The position numbers were made by a program, and so were the translations under genes. From the human T2T-CHM13v2.0 reference genome, Homo sapiens: DNA of 64,000 bases. Shown here in pieces: positions 22,051-39,841 of the stretch (position 1 is the first letter of the stretch; the number at the start of each line of letters is the position of its first letter). The notes beneath the pieces were generated by a model, which was given only the letters and a program-made list of their open reading frames with translations, was not told the origin of the DNA and did no database searches. The stretch lies in the NCBI RefSeq assembly GCF_009914755.1, contig NC_060931.1. The stretch is one strand, 5' to 3'.

Positions 22051-22781
22051 TCTGGGTTTTACAAAGCTATGTTCCAAGGGTTGGGAGCATCACAGTTCTG
22101 CATTTGTGGAATTGAGGGGCCAGAGCTGTGTCCTAAACCTGGCCCTGACTCTATTTCTATGGCCTTGGGCAAGCCACCTCCTGCCTCCGGGACTCCATCT
22201 CCTGCTCGGCATGGTAAATAGATGGAGCCCTGCACTCTCAAGAGCCTTCCAGTCTGCCGGTCTCAGCTCCCCAGCACCTGATCCTGTGCCCCTCCCAGCC
22301 TCCAGTGATCTATCGCTTGATAAGTTTTCTCAAAAGCCCACTTTCCAACCCTGATATTTTCAAGTAGCCAGTCAGCTTTCACTGAGCTCTGTGACAATGA
22401 CAAAAATGGACAGAATTAAAACCCCAGGTTTCTATTTCCAATCCTCAGGGGCGGGGATGTTCACAAAGACACCTTCAGGCAGTGCCACTCTGCTGCTGGT
22501 CCTTCGTGCACACCTCTGGAGAGAGACTTCCTCAAACAGACCCTCACTTCATCTCCACCGCAATCTCAGCCCTGGCTGCAAAGAATTTATAGTCGTGTTA
22601 GGTAGACAAGACTAACACCACATTTCTAGTTTATTTCACCAAAGGTGAAATATTCCACCTTCTCCACAACAGCAACCAGGAAAATTTATCCCCAAAATAA
22701 CATGTTTTATATCAGGTCTGTTTCATAATTTTAACCCTTAACCTGTGTTTTTAAATTTCACTTTAAAATACAAAAAGATGT

Positions 22782-23060
22782 GGCCGGGCATGGTGGCCCA
22801 CACCTGTAATCCCAGCACTTTGGGAGTCAGAGCCAGGAGGATTGCTTGAGGTCAGGAGTTCAAGAGCAGCCTGGCCAACATGATGAAATGCCATTTCTAC
22901 TAAAAATACAAAAATTAGCCAGGCATGGTGGTTCACGCCTGTAATCCCAGCTACTCGGGAGGGCTGAGGCAGAGAATCGCTTCAGCTGACATCGCCCCAC
23001 TGCACTCCAGCCTGGGCAACAGTGTGAGACTCCATCTCAAAAAATAAAATAAAATACAAA
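22782..23060 (+). mobile_element. Alu with a right-arm internal deletion
   Basis: gagaatcgcttcagctgacatcg junction; TSD aaaatacaaaaaga. Confidence 0.92.
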
Positions 23061-23731
23061 AAGAGCAAATCCATCATTTACATCTGGGCCACAGTGTCCC
23101 TCCGTCTCCCTCTGGCCCCGGAGCACATGGCCATCTGGTTGTGCTGACTGTGCTGGGTACGCTGACTGGTCTATCCGCAGTCCATCCTGGCCCCTCACAC
23201 ACCTCCAGGTGCTAGTGTCAAGACACCTGTTATTCCCTCCATGTCATTCCCAGGAGCTCTCATGGCCGCATCTCCAAGAGCCAAGTCCCTGCCCCATCCT
23301 CCAGAGCCAGTTTCTAAGGACCCCACCTCCATTCACAACGGCACCATTGCTATTATGCAGCAATTAATGACTTAAGTTGAATTTTCATCAGCCTGGCCCT
23401 GTCTGAGAACTTAGCAGGCAACTGGGACCCTGCCAGTCTCTATGTGGGTCAAATGTGTCCCTTAATGATTTCTGAAAATGAAAACAACTCGATAACGTGT
23501 TTAGGATATGAGACTACTGAAGCCCCATTGGTAAGTTCCTTAGACCACAGAGAACACAGTATCAAAGTCAGGCTGTGAGCAAAGAGTGGACATCCCTCCA
23601 GTCCAGATAACCCTGCCCCTGCGGGCTTTGCAGTAAGAACTGAAAGTTCAGTCCTTCGGGTTTTTAAAAATATTTTTTCTGCTAATATAGAAGACAGAAA
23701 TGGCTGTTTCCACTTTCAGTGAGAAAACATT

Positions 23732-24213
23732 ATCCAGGTGTGGTGGCACACGCCTGTGGTCTCAGCTGCTCGGGAAGCTGGGGCGGGAGGATCACTTGAG
23801 CTCAGGAGGTTGAGACTGCAGTGAGCCATAGTTGCACCACTGCACTCCAGCCTGGGTAACAGAGGGAGACCTTGTCTCTTAAAAAAATAATAATTAATTA
23901 AAAAAAACTGTTACAGGACCGGGCACAGTGGCTCACGCCTGTAGTCCCAGCACTTTGGGAGGCCAACGCGGGTGGATCACCCAAGGTCAGGAATTCGTGA
24001 CTAGCCTGGCCAATATGGTGAAACCCCACCTCTCTATAAAAATACAAAATTATCTGGGCATAGTACCGCATGCCTGTAATCCCAGCTACTCAGGAAGCTG
24101 AGGCAGGAGAATCGCTTGAACCCGGGAGGCAGAGGTTGCAGTGAGATCGTGCCATTGCACTCCAGCCTGGGCGAAAAAAGCAAAACTCAACTCCATCTCA
24201 AAAAAAAAAAAAA
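23732..24213 (+). mobile_element. AluJ right arm (23732-23905) followed by a full AluS (23916-24213)
   Basis: Sequence match to Alu arms; gttacagga duplicated around the second element. Confidence 0.92.
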
Positions 24214-25647
24214 GTTACAGGATGGTGTGGCTTTGTGTGTCATGCAATGCCACAGAGGATAGCTGTAGACTGACAAGGGTTCATGGAGAGGCTTTATGGA
24301 GAGGGCTGCCAGGAGCCAGGTCCTGGAGAATGAGGAGGACTTGAATAGGAATAAAAGAAGCTCTGTTAGGCACTTCATAAAAGTGGGGCCATGGTCATTT
24401 TCTTTTATTTCTCTTATATGGTCCCAGCTAAATTATGAGCTACTGAAGGGTGCGGTTGCATCCCATCCAGCCTGCAGCAGGACGGGAAGTGAGGGGCCGT
24501 GCTGCTCTGGAAACTCCTGCCTTGAGCAACTTTAAGCCTCATTCCCCTCCACTGAAAAACGACGGGGTAGACTGTGCTCTCTCATGACTTTTGGCGACTT
24601 TCTGTGATTCTAGGTGGGGCTCAAGGAAAACATTTTAAGTGAAAGCTCTCCTGCCCTGGGTTGGGGTATAAAGTCTCCACGGGGGATCCCGGGCATGGTA
24701 AGCACCCACAAGGCCCAGTCTGCTCTGCTAGAGTGAGGCCACCTGGACAGGAGCCTCACCAGCACCGGATCCAGCTGCGGGGCTAACCCAAGACCCAGGA
24801 CCAAGGAGACGCCACCCACAGGGGATGCTGAGGAGAGAGGCGTGTCTGTCCTGCTGCGTCAGTTACGTCCACCCTGCCAAGCACTTCAGCCAAAGGAGCT
24901 GCCTCTTTGCTAAAGTCACTTTCAGCTTTTCTGCACTTTTTCCATTTCTGAACCACAAATTTGGCAGTTACCCAGAACATTCAACGTTTACCAGTTGGTG
25001 AAAAGTTAGCAGGAAACTTCGAGGAGTTTGTCCTCAGCAAGCAACGCTGTGCCCCAACACCTCCTCAGTCATGTCTGGTGTGACTTGAGTCTCTAATAAG
25101 CAATGGCACTTGCCGTCCCCTCCAAACACTGATCCTTCACCTGATGCCTGAGGTTGCAAGAGGATAGGCTGGGCTAAAGCTGCAGCAGCTGCCTCGGCAA
25201 GTAGGAAGCTAATTGGCTCAGGAAGGGATATTCCTAAGACCTGGGCTTTGCAAGCCGTGAGCTGAACAGCTCAGCCTACGATCACGCACCACTTCCTGTG
25301 CGCCTCAGGACTGCCTTTAAGGCATGACAGGAGCCACTGAGCCAAGCCCAGCCCAACCCTCAGACCTGCACCAGGCTCTGCTCTCCCAGGAGATCCTGTG
25401 CCTCCCATTCAGCACAGTTCCTTTGCAGCTTCCTCATCCTCGCCAGCTCCGCATCTCTGCAACGTGCTGCCTCATTATGATGGCTAATTATTATTATGGG
25501 AAAACTGCTTGCTGACCAAGACAGAAGCCATACTGCAGCCTCTCCTCCCTTCCAGGGCCATGTTTTAATTCCTCCCTGGGGTTCATCAGATGCATCTGGA
25601 TAGCATCCCAGTGGCTGTGGGAGGACAAGGAAAAAGGTCACCAGTGA

Positions 25648-26001
<354 letters not shown>

Positions 26002-26927
26002 CAGGCACAGGAACCAGCTGCATGCTTAGGAGCCAGTGCCTGCTGACTCCAATGTCTCAGGTGCCTTGACTCAGAACATAAGCCTCGCCCCTGCCCCTCA
26101 GGCATCCCCAGAGACATGGGGTGGCACTAGGCACATGGGCTCAACCCATTTCTCAGTATCTGAAAGAAAAAGCTCCCCCAGGGCCAGAGGATGGAGGACA
26201 GCTGAGTCCCTTCACTCATTCCCATGTCGCCTAATCCTCATTCCTCCATGCTCCTTTCTCCAGCCTGAGAATAACACTTCCCTAAGGTCACTTAGAGCCC
26301 CACAGAAAGCCAAACTTCTCAGCGGAAGAGTCATCATCCCAGGGCACCCAGGGTAACTTGACATTAAATACAGCCTCTCTGCTAAGACTTCCATTCCACC
26401 TGGGCTGCTTAAGTCCAGGAGACCACCCTGATTTGACCTTCCTAGTGTCCCTCATCAGCAAGTTCCATCTGATTATCTGGCTGCCATCACCTGGTAGAGC
26501 AGAAAGGGGAAGCAGAGCTGTCACATATGGTTGTGTTGCTATGAGAGCCCTCTCCAGACTGTTTCCCTAATGACTGATTTTCTTGCCAGTTAGCATCTAA
26601 GTCTTTTGCAGCCAGACCTTATGCTATTGCTAATTTTAAAATAATGGTAAGAGGATCATGCTAAATTCTTCTGCTCTGGTTTCTTAGCAATGTCTCTTGC
26701 AGACTTCCAACTCACTTATAAGGTGTGATTATTAATATAAAATAATGAAGCTGATTATTTAAACAAGTGCCTCAGAATGCATTCTCTTTTTCTTTTTTTG
26801 GAAGACAAAAGTTAACAACAACAACAACAAAAAACCTAGAATTGTACTTGGATGTTTAGTAATTCAAAGTGATTAAGAAGCACCCTCTTTAAAATGCTAC
26901 TGTAATAAAAAGATCAAGATAAATTGA

Positions 26928-27240
<313 letters not shown>

Positions 27241-30200
27241 TTAAATTGAGTTTTTATCGCTTAATACCAGGCATATATGCAGCTTTAAGAAAATAGTTAC
27301 TATTTAATCTTTTACTAAATCAATTTTCACACTAACCACTCTTTAATGATATACAATTATCTAAAAATGCCTCAAAACAGTCACTTTGGAAGGCCCTGCG
27401 TTTTCCGTTTATTTCAACATCGTTGAGCACTTGAGAGACACTAACACACCACATGTGTCCTCTTATGGTCCTTGTGTTGTCAAGCTGCCAGGACTCCTAC
27501 AAAGAAATACCTCTTCCTACAGCAGTGTAAGCTCTCACTGAAAAGCAAGTTCAATCAGGTTTCAGTTTCCGGAAGACTGTCCACCACCAGGGGAAAAGGT
27601 AGATCCCACAGACCCGAATCTGGAACTGCAAAGCCCCTGGTGTAACCTCCCTCAGCCTTGACCATCGAAGGACAAATGAACAACCACCCAGAGGACGGTG
27701 AGCTGGAGCCCTCCACTCAGAGGCCACCTGGAAACTGGAAACTGGGAGCAAACCCCCCTGCAAAAAAGTATCCCCAGTTCCACCTCAGAGGCATCCCAGA
27801 GCATGGGAACAGGGTGGGGCCCACAAGCCCGCAGACTGGGGCAGCCATGGACAGGCCCCAACATTCAATCTACAAAATGAATGGACTTGAGGCTCTCGGT
27901 CCAAGTCTCTGGTTTATCCTCCCCACTGCTCCCGTTATTCTCTTTCAAATATTTAATATTTACCTTGGTTGTGCTAAAGTAAAAAGAAAAAAAAAGATAA
28001 GCATGTGTAGCCACATTGCCAGTGAAGGAGTGGGGCTTGTGCTCCCTGGGGAGGCAGGCGGGGAGGCAGGCGGGGAGGCAGCCATAATCCAGAGGCCAAG
28101 CCTTTGGGAAGAAAGTGACCTCCAGGGACAGACGCAAATTTTAGCCCAGCCAACTCTGTCAGGAAGACATCTCCCTTTTCTGTGCAAAATCCTCAAACAT
28201 GGGGTCTTGTGGGCTGCCTAGTGGCCACATCAGGTCCTGGGCACTGTGCTAGATGCTGGGTGGGAATAGGCGAAAAGATGACCAGCATTCAGCCCTTCCC
28301 CTTTACGGAGGACAGACGAGCAAGCAGGCAGGGTGTGGGGAGCCCCTAACACAGGTGCCAGCGAGTGCCACAACCGGCTGAGAAACCTGCAGAAGGCCTC
28401 AGGAGCGGCGACGTCCATGCTAGGGCTGGGAAGACAGAAGGGTCTTTCCACACCAAGGATGAGGGAGTCTGCGTCACAAGAAGAGAGCAAGACAGGGCAG
28501 ATGCAAGAACATGGTGAACAGGACGGAAGCTCGCGTGGCTGCAGCATGACCCACATGGCAGGGAGGGGAGAGGGCAGGTGAGTCTGGAAAGAAAGATGAG
28601 AACCTCTGTGCAAAACTGGCACAGAGGGCCTTGCCCTGCAGGCAAGGGGGAGAAGTCCACCTGTCCCTTCAGGACCAGCAGGCATGTGACTCAGACCACC
28701 TGGGCTCACCTTCCAGCTCCACTCTCAGGAGTGGGGTATGCTCGGGCAAGTCACTCAGCCTCTGGGGCTTTGGTTTCAGGTGGCTGGAATAATGCTTGCC
28801 GCAAAGGGCGTGCTCAGGAACTATCCATTGCTGTTATTTGTCAGTGAAATGTGAGAGCTGCCACCACCCGGCTGAGTGGGGATGAGATCTTAGGTAAGGA
28901 CAGGTGCTGGAGACCAGCTTGCACGTGGATAGGCAGGCTGGGCATCCCTCCACGCCTGGGGATGGAGGTGGAGGCGAGACAGGCCACGCTGCCCTCCTGC
29001 TTCTGTTCCTGCTCCCAGCCCCTGACCAGACTCCAGCTTGGGGCCCTGCGCCAGGCTTCTGCCACGTGTTGACAACCACATGGATCCCTTCCTCTCTTGC
29101 CACAGCTCCCTCCAGCTCCCGTCCCACCCTCTGGCTCTCTTGGTTGGGGAAAACCCTCAGCTCTGGATGACAGGCCCTTAACAGCCAGGTGCCCAGCCCT
29201 GCGGGAGGGGAGGGACTGCACCACCACGGCTTGCCCTTGTCCTCACCACCAAACTTCCTGTCGCTCTGGGAGCCCAGATGAGGGGAGGAGCCAAGGAGCA
29301 GGCCTGCCTGTGGCTGGGCAGTGCAGGCGGGAGGATGGGTGGGGAGAACCTGAAGTCTGACGCACCTGCCACCAACTAGGGATGTGACCTCCAGCCAGTC
29401 ACTGGACCAGCCAGAAACTGACTGTCCTCATGTGGATGCTAACATGCCCTCCGCTGGGGTAGGGATTCAGGACACAAGGGCAGAGCACCCAGCTGCATAC
29501 CGGACCCAGGGACCACCTGGCAAACGCAGCCACTGTGACTGCCCCTCACCCACTCTCCAGCCTTGGCAGGGGAGTCCTGGAAGGGACTTGGCAAGGGGCA
29601 TCTGGGCAGCCTGACCCATCCAGACTGAACTGACTCCGGGACACCCGTGTATTTCTATCGAGGACCAGCATGGACAGGTTGCCTTCTGCTGGGCCCAGAC
29701 CCCATCCTGAGCACAGACACATGCACACTCACTCACACACATGCATCCACTCCTCAGGAGCACCAAAATCCACGCCAGACCTCCACCGCCCAGGCAGGGC
29801 CCTCACCTAGGGGAAAATAGCTAACCGTGGTGCTGGCATGGTGCCACAAAGAAATAACCGGTGGCACCTCTGCTACAAAGCCAGGAGGGGGGCAAAGGCC
29901 CTTTCTTCCTCTCCTCTCTGTGTCCACCAACACCCAGCCCGGCTGCTGGACACGGAGTGGTGGGCATCAGGCAGACTCCCAAGATGAAGGCACTCTAAGG
30001 ACAAGGGCAGACCATGACAAGGATGAAACAGCACCAGGGAGCGGGGAGTTGGCTCAGCTCACAGCCCAGCATGCGAAGAGCATTGAGTTTCGTGTGTACC
30101 TTCACTGCTCCCCATAAGCCACTGCCTGGGTCTGTCTCCTGCCCTGGGCTCCAGAGTCCATAAGCAGAGCCATGCCCCACTGACACCAAATCTAGGCCAC

Positions 30201-30567
30201 CCCAGCTAGGCCCCCACCTGCAGTGACAGTCACATCAACCAACCAGGAAGGCCTGTGTTAAACTTTTAAACCATGAGCAGAAGCAAGCTCACACTCACAT
30301 GTGCATGTGTGTACATGTGTGGGACAGATCCTGATGCACAAACCTGTCTTTTCTGCCTGGCATCCCTCTCTGTCACCCCTCTCCCCCTCTGACCTGTGGA
30401 TCTCTTCCTTCTCCCTGTCTCTCCCAGGCCCTGGAAAGGGGGAGATCCCTTCCTTCTCTCCTCCCTGCTCTGGGCACAGGGAACCTTCCAGGCTGCTCAG
30501 AGACCAACACCCGCCCCACCCAGGCATGGGCAGTGAGAACGGCACAGTTGTCTTTAAAACAGTCAAC

Positions 30568-30874
<307 letters not shown>

Positions 30875-31823
30875 TCAACAAACCCACCTCCGAGGGTCAG
30901 AGGTTTCAAAGACTCAGTGAGAAGCTGCTCTGTCTCTGGAGGCCTTTGGCAGCTCCCTGCCTGCAAACCCACCCAGCTGGGCACAGCCTGCCCGCCACCC
31001 ATTGGCTCTCCACACCAGCCTCAGTCATTGCACCACATTCCTCTGGGGGCTGCATGTCCTTACAAGCCCAGCAGCACATGCACACACATGTACACACACA
31101 CAGGCACACGCAGGCACTTGCACACACACCCTTCACTGTCCCCAAGACATCTGCCTTGCCTTGCTCCCCGGTCATGGGAATGAGTCACCCTGAAGGTTGC
31201 ACCCTCTTCAGGAAGCTCCTCTTGAGATCCAGGATCACAGGGGACCAAGGTGATACAAGTGAGGTCCATCTGCAGCCAGACACCAGGTGAGCTCTGGTCA
31301 GGGCTGGAGTCACCAGTGTGTCCGGGGCCCAATTGTATTGGATAAGATAAGGCTAAGTTGTGGGTGGCAGGGGGAGCCAGGACTCAGACCAATTTCAGGT
31401 TAGGGTCAACGCAGGCTCAGGAACTGGGTGAGGGAGACAAGTGCAGGGCTGCTTCCACAGTCAGTGTGAAGCCAAGCTGTGGGAGCCAGGGTGCCCCACC
31501 CAGCAGAGGCACATGGCCCTCAGGGGCTAGACACCAGGTCAGTGTCCCATCAGGACTGCCTCTAAATGCATGTGGTTCAGGGGGTTTTTTGTTATCTTGA
31601 ATCCAGGGCCCTACAGAGACAAGATTCTGTCTCCCTGGAGATGACCTGTGTCAGCCCCCAGGGAGCACCCCCACTGCACACACCCAGACCTGGATACAGG
31701 GGCAGCCCTGTGGGCCTGGGCATGCAGACAGACCCGGATTCCTGTGCAGGCACACCTATGCATGTCCAGACAGGAACACAGGACACAGCAAGTAACAGTT
31801 ACACCCTCCCAGCACCACTGGAG

Positions 31824-32227
31824 TCTCCTCAGGATAATTATTTATTATTCATAGTCATCAGCATCTTCATTAATTATTCATATGATCCTTAATTATTATC
31901 CTTAACAATAAGAGCAGTAAATAGCAGAAAAGTCCTTGAGGTGCCTAAGGCCCAGGGCCGGGTGCCTCCGGGCAGTTAGACCAGCTAATGCCCTCAGGGC
32001 AGTGGGGGGACCACAGGCCCCACCTACTGCCGGCCCTGCCCCTGCCCCTCTCACTGGGGCCCAGGGGACTGCAGGAGAAGATGGTCCCAAGGGCTGGGGG
32101 AGGAGCTGTGCTTTCGAGTTCCTCTCCCCTTCCACGGTCAGGGCCTCCTGAGCAGGGCCTCCAAGGGGAGCGGCCCAGCAGCGCCTTGATCCCTGGGTGA
32201 GCCACGTGTCCACACTGGGCAGCCCCA
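31824..32227 (-). other. KCNH2: KCNH2 3' UTR (about 400 nt) with AU-rich distal end
   Basis: Lies between the stop codon and AATAAA; cleavage site approximate. Confidence 0.85.
31841..31846 (-). terminator. KCNH2: Canonical poly(A) signal AATAAA of full-length KCNH2
   Basis: tttatt on + strand; GU-rich sequence follows on the minus strand (about 31770-31805). Confidence 0.9.
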
Positions 32228-32377
32228 CTAACTGCCCGGGTCCGAGCCGTGTCTGTGCAGGGGCTGGGAGGTGAGGGCCCCCAGCTGGCCCGGTAGGGAG
32301 AGGCGTCGTGTGGGGCCTTCTTGGGGAAGCTCTGGGGCCCCCGGGGGCAGCTCCTCACACGCCATGAACTGGGAAAC
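32228..32377 (-). CDS. KCNH2: KCNH2 exon 15 coding part (150 nt including TAG)
   Basis: ttgcAG|GTTTCC; [49 protein letters not shown]. Confidence 0.98.
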   Translation of the reverse strand, partial: VSQFMACEELPPGAPELPQEGPTRRLSLPGQLGALTSQPLHRHGSDPGS

Positions 32378-33502
32378 CTGCAATACACACAGAGCATGGG
32401 CAGGCGAAGAGGCCATGGAGGAGGAGGAAGGGGAGGGAAAGGGGCAGGAGAACCCGGGGACAGAGGATGGACGGGAGGACAGGAGGGCCAAGAGGAGAGT
32501 CAGGTGGGCAGAGAAGCTGGAGGGGACAAGAGCCAAGGCAGCGAGAGCAGGACAGGGGCCACCAAGGGGAGGCACCAAGGTGGGAAGTAGAGAAAGGCAT
32601 TCTCTGAGAGCAGGAGCCAAACAAGAGAGCTGGGAGCAGGGAAAACCCTAGGCCCCTGTCTCTTCCCGAGGGAATGTGGCCGCTGAGCCCAACCCAACCT
32701 GGAACAAGCAGTCTCTGTGTTGGGACAGAAGCTGGGACAGAAAAAGAGACAAGATTCCTTCCCGCAATCCAGAAAGAACTCGGGGACCTAGAAACAGAGG
32801 CAGGCTGGCGGCCAGGCATCTGAAGGCCAGGGAGAGGGCCGGGGCAGGCGGGAGGGGTTTGTGGGTACTGAGCGTCTGCTGGTGAGAGCTCTGCGGGGGC
32901 GGCTGCGAAGGGAGACTGGCACATTTGCTGACGTGGGCCCTCGTGTCTGCAAACAGGAGCAGGCAGCATATGGGAGGGGGGAGCGGATGCCAAGGGAAGT
33001 GGGGAGGGAGCAGATCCCAGGCCGCCTCTGGCAGCCAGAGGAGTCCCCACCATGGACGCGGAGGTTGACACAGACACCGCCATCCTGCAGAGGCCAGGAA
33101 CATGCAGGTCCACCCAGGAGAGGACAAGGGGCAACTAAGGCCCATCTCTAGCAGAGGGGGCAAAGCAGGCCCAGGAAGTCCTCCCCTGGAGGCTTGGCCT
33201 CTGCACCCTGGGAAATGCCAAGCACCCTCAAGATGACCCTGTGACAGCCACTGCCAAGGGCAAGGATGGGCAGGACGGTGAGACCAGGGAGTGTCACTCA
33301 CAGAAGGGACCCGGGACCCTGTCCCTAGATACTCTGGTATGCAGCCTCCACCGCCACGTCTCGGGCTCAGTCAGTTCTTGGAGACCACCCGTGGCCGTGA
33401 GACAGGCACCACCGTTGGAGCTGGCTCTTCAGGCGATGCTCCGGGGCCTGGCGGTGGAGGCTGTGGACACTAGGGGAGTGAAGCTGCGGGCCACTTAGCC
33501 TA

Positions 33503-33940
<438 letters not shown>

Positions 33941-34189
33941 TCAGAGAAGTGGGGACACCAGTGACAGCCTCCACCGGGAGTGGGGAAGGGGAAGGGGAGG
34001 GGGGAGGGGCAGCCTGTCAACCCAGGCCCTCCGCGCTAGAGGTGTGGCAGCCCCCAGCTGGGCTAGGAATGGAAGAAGGGGATCCAGCTGCTGCACACAC
34101 AGACAGGCCCTCTCCCTCTACCAGACAACACCGCCAGGACCTGGACCAGACTCCAGGGCGTGCCCCCCTACCCCACCTGCACTCCCTCA

Positions 34190-34741
<552 letters not shown>

Positions 34742-35306
34742 CTGTGGGAAACAGAGAATGGGCCTCAGAGAGGGGAGGAGAACAGAGAGGAGGGGGCGAG
34801 GGTGGAGGAGGGGACAGGAGCGAGCCCGAGAGAGGACTGGGCAGGAAGCCCTGGTTTGTCCCCAGTCGCTTCTTCTGCTATCTTGCACCCACTGTCAAGC
34901 CGACCAAGAACTCCCAGGACCCCCTGACTGCCCAAGCACTGGCAATGGTGCTTCAGGGGTTGGCGGATCTCTGGGACTGCGGGGCCTCAGCCCCATCGTT
35001 GGCTCCCTGGCCCTCCTTTGTTCTATGTTCTTTCCTCCTCAGTGCTCACAGAGACCCCAGCCCTGTGAAGTCCAAAAAGCCTAGGCTTGCCCTGGAGGGT
35101 GGAAGAGGGCTTCCTGGAGGAGGTGACAGCTGCAGGGGCCCTGAAAGATGGGCAGCATCTGGACAGCTGGGGTGTGGAGTGGGCACACTGGAGGAAGGGA
35201 TGGGAAGGTCTGAGGCCTGGGTAAAGCAGACACGGCCCACCCCGCCTTCCAGCTCCCAGCCTCACCTTGTCCCCGCCCTCCCCCTTCCTCCCCTCCCCCG
35301 CCTCAC

Positions 35307-35406
35307 CCTTGTCCGTGCGCCTGCGGAAGGACAACTTGCGCTTGCGTTGCCGACTGAAGCCACCCTCTAACTCCGTACTGCCGGGGGAGCCCGGGATCAT
35401 GTTGGT
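35307..35406 (-). CDS. KCNH2: KCNH2 exon 11 (100 nt), basic [12 protein letters not shown] segment, K897
   Basis: [33 protein letters not shown]; donor AGG|GTGAGG. Confidence 0.98.
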
Positions 35407-35703
35407 CTGGAACCAAAATCAGTATCAGGGCCCTTTCAGTGCTCTCCTGCCCCACCAGGGTCAGGCCCCAAGCTCCCTCCTTAACACAGAAAAAGTAGGG
35501 CTGGGCGCCCCAGCTCTGGGAAAACCCTTCCCTGCCCCCAATGTGATTTTGCCCCAGGCAAAGACTGAGTTTGGGACTTTTGTAGGCTGCTCTATGATAC
35601 CATTTGACAGACAGGGAAACTGAGACAGAGAAGCATCACATTCAATGTCACACAGCAAAGGGGCAGCCACACAGCTGGAAGCAGGAGGATGGGGTCCAGC
35701 TCA

Positions 35704-36084
<381 letters not shown>

Positions 36085-36224
36085 TCAGCTCCCAGCAGGC
36101 ACGACAGTGCCAGAGGGGCCAGGAGCCCAGGGTCTCCCAGCAAATGAGACCCAGCCAGCAGGACTACCCCAAACCCCAGGTCCCAAACACCCTCTTAGCC
36201 AATCACTGCACCCTTATAAGCAAT

Positions 36225-36312
36225 GTTCTTCAAACCAAAGATCAGAACACAGTAGTGAATCAAAACCAGCATTTTTTTTTTTTTTTTTTTTTTTTTACTG
36301 AAAGAACATACA
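36225..36312 (-). terminator. KCNH2: Intron-9 alternative polyadenylation site of hERG-USO
   Basis: On the minus strand: TGTA (36312-36309), non-canonical AGTAAA (36299-36294) running into a genomic A25 tract (36296-36272), then U/GU-rich downstream sequence. Confidence 0.85.
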
Positions 36313-36761
36313 GTAGTATAGCTTAGCACAGCACAGAACAGAAATGCTAGAATGAACCACATGCAGTAAGGCCCAGTGTTATGTAGTGAAACTTTGATTT
36401 TAGTTTTGTGGGGGTGTGTATTTGTGTTTGTACAGAGCTGAGAAACAAAGTCTAAAATGTCCTACCATCAACTATGGTCGAAAGAGCTTGCTATATCTGC
36501 CCTGAGGCACACAGGGCCGAGGGAAGGACAGGCAAAGGGGGAGGAAGTCCTCAGTGTCCAGACACACCAACCCACCCACTGTGCACAGGCAGGGTAGAAA
36601 GGAAGTGGGGGGAGGGGGCAGGACTCCCTTTGCTTTGGATGTGTCAAGGGGCCAGGCATGAGGCTGCAGGGAACCACATGGCCCTTAGTGAAACCAAATG
36701 CCGAGCTTCCAGGCTAGCATTTCTTCCTCTACTGCCCAGGCTAGAGGATCTAGATTTGATC

Positions 36762-37379
<618 letters not shown>

Positions 37380-37546
37380 TCAACCTCCAGGCCTGGGAGA
37401 TCTCGGAAGCATCAGGGGGCCCAGTGTCTTGGGAAGGACCTGGGACCCCACTCCAGCTTCACCATGCCTGGCCGAGCACCCTTGGGCTCTAGACCTCCAT
37501 GTTCTTATTTGTAAGGCATAGAGACCATTCCCGCCCTGGGCTGTCA

Positions 37547-38008
<462 letters not shown>

Positions 38009-38246
38009 TCAGCCTCTGCAGGGACCCCACCCACCCACAGGGACCCTGCTCAGGCCCCGCACCAGGTCAGTGTCTCAGTCTCAGCGTCGACATGCCCACG
38101 AGACGCCCTTGTACATCTGCGCTCCAGCACACCCCACCCTTCAGTAGTCCCCGCCCTGGTGACCCAGCCCCCAAACCATGTCACGATGGTGGCCCCTGGA
38201 GTCTCTAAGTTCCAGGGGCCTCACTCTGGCCCGGCTAGCAGCCTCA

Positions 38247-38792
<546 letters not shown>

Positions 38793-39146
38793 TCAGATCC
38801 CCAAAGACTTCCTAGACCCTCCTCCTAAGAGGTGAAGCCCACACTGGGCCCAGCACAGGTGTCTCATTAATCTTAGTGCTAGCTTTGGGACAGAGGCAGC
38901 CCCCATAGTGTGGATGAGGAAACAGGGGCACTGACAGGTGCAGTGATCACCCTAGGGTGCCTGCCCACTCCCACCAGCTTCTAGGGCACTTTGGTGACGC
39001 TACAAAATAATGGCCCCTTGGGATGGACGAATTAGAAAAAAGGTGTCCTGTGTGGCCCTCTGCAACCTGCGAGGAGCTTGTGTGGAGAGAAGGAGCATAG
39101 GTTTGCTGGGGTACCCACCTTGCCTCTGCAGCTGCCTTGCCACCAT

Positions 39147-39207
39147 GTCTCTCTCCCACTGTCTTTCTCTCTTTCTCTCTTTCTCTCTCTCTCTCTTTTT
39201 CTCTGTC
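39147..39207 (+). repeat. (CT)n/(CTTT) pyrimidine tract in intron 6
   Basis: gtctttctctctttctctctttctctctctctctctttttctctgt. Confidence 0.85.
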
Positions 39208-39268
39208 CTCCTCGCCACCCCCTCCACCCCACTACCTCCCACCACATTCCTGGCCTCTCCTCTCCCTA

Positions 39269-39841
<573 letters not shown>

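Noticed and set aside
32082-32088. miR-133-type seed match (GGGACCA on the mRNA) in the 3' UTR
   Set aside because: A single 7-mer is expected by chance, and I cannot support function from sequence alone.
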